Source: Gammaproteobacteria bacterium (GTDB lineage Bacteria > Pseudomonadota > Gammaproteobacteria > JAAEPA01). Taken from it: DNA of 46,518 nt. The translations under genes and the position numbers were made by a program. Within the stretch, counting starts at the first letter, position 1, and every line of letters begins with the position of its first letter. Shown one piece after another: positions 45,146 to 46,518 of this stretch. The DNA lies in assembly GCA_024222475.1 (NCBI GenBank), contig JAAEPA010000698.1, positions 1 through 46,518 on the forward strand, in the 5' to 3' direction. A model generated the notes under the pieces. That model did not search any database. It worked only from the letters and a program-made list of their open reading frames with translations, and was not told the origin of the DNA.

Positions 45146-46366
45146 ATGACTCAAACGTTATTGTTGGCACGCCAGCCCATATTTGATCGCCAACTCAAGG
45201 TCGTCGCCTACGAATTATTGTTTCGCGGCCAGAGTGATGCCCAAAACAAACCGGGTGCAGGTGATCATGCCAGTTCCCAAGTATTGGTAAACACCTTTGA
45301 CGAACTAAGCGTCGAAGAGATCACTGGCAATACGATAGCGTTTATCAACTTTACCCGAAATTTGATACTCAACCCCCCTCCCATCAACGAGCGATGTTGT
45401 GTCATCGAGGTATTGGAGGATATCGAGTTCGACGATACGGTGATTGAAGGTATAAAAAAAGTCAAGCAGATGGGGTTTCGGATTGCCTTGGACGATTTTG
45501 TCTACAGTGAGAGAGCAACCGAGGCCTTAACGCTTGCGAATATCGTCAAGCTTGATGTATTGGCCTTTGATAAGCCGGGACTCACCGTTCAACTGCAACA
45601 ACTTAAACCCTACAAGTTGACATTGCTGGCAGAAAAGGTAGAAACCCACGAAATGTTCGAATATTGCAAAGCGCTGGGTTTTACATTGTTTCAAGGCTTC
45701 TTTCTGAGCAAGCCGCAAAATGTCATGGGCACCACGCTCCCTGCAAACAAACTTGCGGTATTGAATCTTCTGGGCAAGATTCAAGATCCGAATAAGGAGA
45801 TAAAAGAAATAGAAGATGCCTTGGCAGTGGATCCGAGCCTAGTCTATAAACTGCTCAAGTTAATAAACTCAGCTGGATTTAGGCAAGGCCGAGAGATTGG
45901 GTCTGTGCGCGGCGCCATTGTAATGCTGGGCTTACTGCGGCTCAAGAACTGGGTAACGGTATTGGCATTGGCCGATCTGTCAGACAAACCACAGGAACTG
46001 ATGACGAACGCCATCATTCGAGGCAAGATGTGCGAGGGCATCGCCCAAACCATGGGAGAATCAACTATCGAACGATTCTTCATGGTGGGTCTGTTATCCC
46101 TCATCGATGCTTTTTTCGATCGCCCCTTGGAGGCGATCTTGAATCAGCTGCCACTGTCCAGCGATACTCATTCCGCTATTCTGCACCGGAAAGGTAAAAT
46201 GGGGTTTGTATTAAGCACCACCATCGCCTATGAACGTGCCGAATGGAACCAAATCACATGGCATACCCTGAAAAATAACAACATCGGCCACCAGGAGCTA
46301 AAAGACATCTACCTAGACAGCATCAAGGCGGCTACGGATTTATTGACATTTGGATCCTGGAAGTGA
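45146..46366 (+). CDS. EAL domain plus HDOD domain signalling protein
   Basis: The N-terminus has QPIFDRQLKVVAYELLFR, EVLE, ALDDF and KLD (EAL-type). The C-terminal half is HDOD-like (LVYKLLKLINSAGF...VRGAIVMLGL..LKNWV). Confidence 0.85.
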   Translation: MTQTLLLARQPIFDRQLKVVAYELLFRGQSDAQNKPGAGDHASSQVLVNTFDELSVEEITGNTIAFINFTRNLILNPPPINERCCVIEVLEDIEFDDTVIEGIKKVKQMGFRIALDDFVYSERATEALTLANIVKLDVLAFDKPGLTVQLQQLKPYKLTLLAEKVETHEMFEYCKALGFTLFQGFFLSKPQNVMGTTLPANKLAVLNLLGKIQDPNKEIKEIEDALAVDPSLVYKLLKLINSAGFRQGREIGSVRGAIVMLGLLRLKNWVTVLALADLSDKPQELMTNAIIRGKMCEGIAQTMGESTIERFFMVGLLSLIDAFFDRPLEAILNQLPLSSDTHSAILHRKGKMGFVLSTTIAYERAEWNQITWHTLKNNNIGHQELKDIYLDSIKAATDLLTFGSWK

Positions 46367-46410
46367 TTACACTAATCAAGTGGTCTACCAACATAGTATT
46401 GATGGGTACA

Positions 46411-46509
46411 GCGAGGCGAGAAGCGGCTAGCTGCTAGGCGTGCGAGCGCAGGACTAGCTGTAGTGTGTCAAGGGAGCACAACAACGCAGATGGCCGCTTC
46501 TCGCCTCGC
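46411..46509. repeat. E-family hairpin element (17-bp perfect inverted repeat, 65-nt interior) at the window edge
   Basis: gcgaggcgagaagcggc (46411-46427) is the exact reverse complement of gccgcttctcgcctcgc (46493-46509). The interior shares about 20 nt with 40675-40694. Confidence 0.6.
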
Positions 46510-46518
46510 CCGAAGGGA

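Overview
This is a 46.5-kb chromosomal segment, and no rRNA, CRISPR array, prophage or transposase gene is visible. The gcvR-dapA-bamC synteny and the gene content point to a gammaproteobacterial sulfur oxidiser; that assignment is inference. I support about 40 real genes.

Genes, in order:
- gcvR, dapA and bamC.
- A DUF1244 protein, a DUF2817 protein and a HutZ-like/DUF924 fusion.
- A small heavy-metal-binding (HMA) protein and an AT-rich O-antigen-ligase-like gene.
- A secreted barnase/barstar pair, a DUF853 (YjgR/HerA-like) ATPase and rtcB.
- A periplasmic protein with two thioredoxin folds.
- A five-gene operon joining a tetrahaem cytochrome c, a Tat-exported NrfC-like FeS protein and an NrfD-like membrane protein to fccA and fccB.
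- Two paralogous tandem-USP genes bracketing a 582-aa polyferredoxin.
- A LysM coiled-coil protein, an orphan gene and a long SQR.
- menF-menD-menB, then a 1.45-kb insert, then menA.
- addB-addA, tRNA-Ser(GGA), a metallophosphoesterase/DUF1820 pair, ppsA and an EAL-HDOD protein.

The best candidate for an undescribed system is the cytochrome/NrfC/NrfD-FccAB operon at 13460-17921. It looks like a hard-wired link from flavocytochrome c sulfide dehydrogenase to the quinone pool.

The second main signal is in the non-coding DNA. At least six families of 83-166 bp palindromic MITE-like repeats fill the intergenic gaps.
- Several copies are flanked by 4-bp YTAR target duplications, and three of these coincide with the stop codon of the neighbouring gene.
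- One family has an 8-bp duplication.
- One family shows compensatory base changes that preserve its hairpin.
- One element creates a false ATG start for the neighbouring gene.
- A decayed copy of the menB 3' end marks an old insertion inside the men cluster.

All homology calls come from motif recognition by eye. No database search was run.
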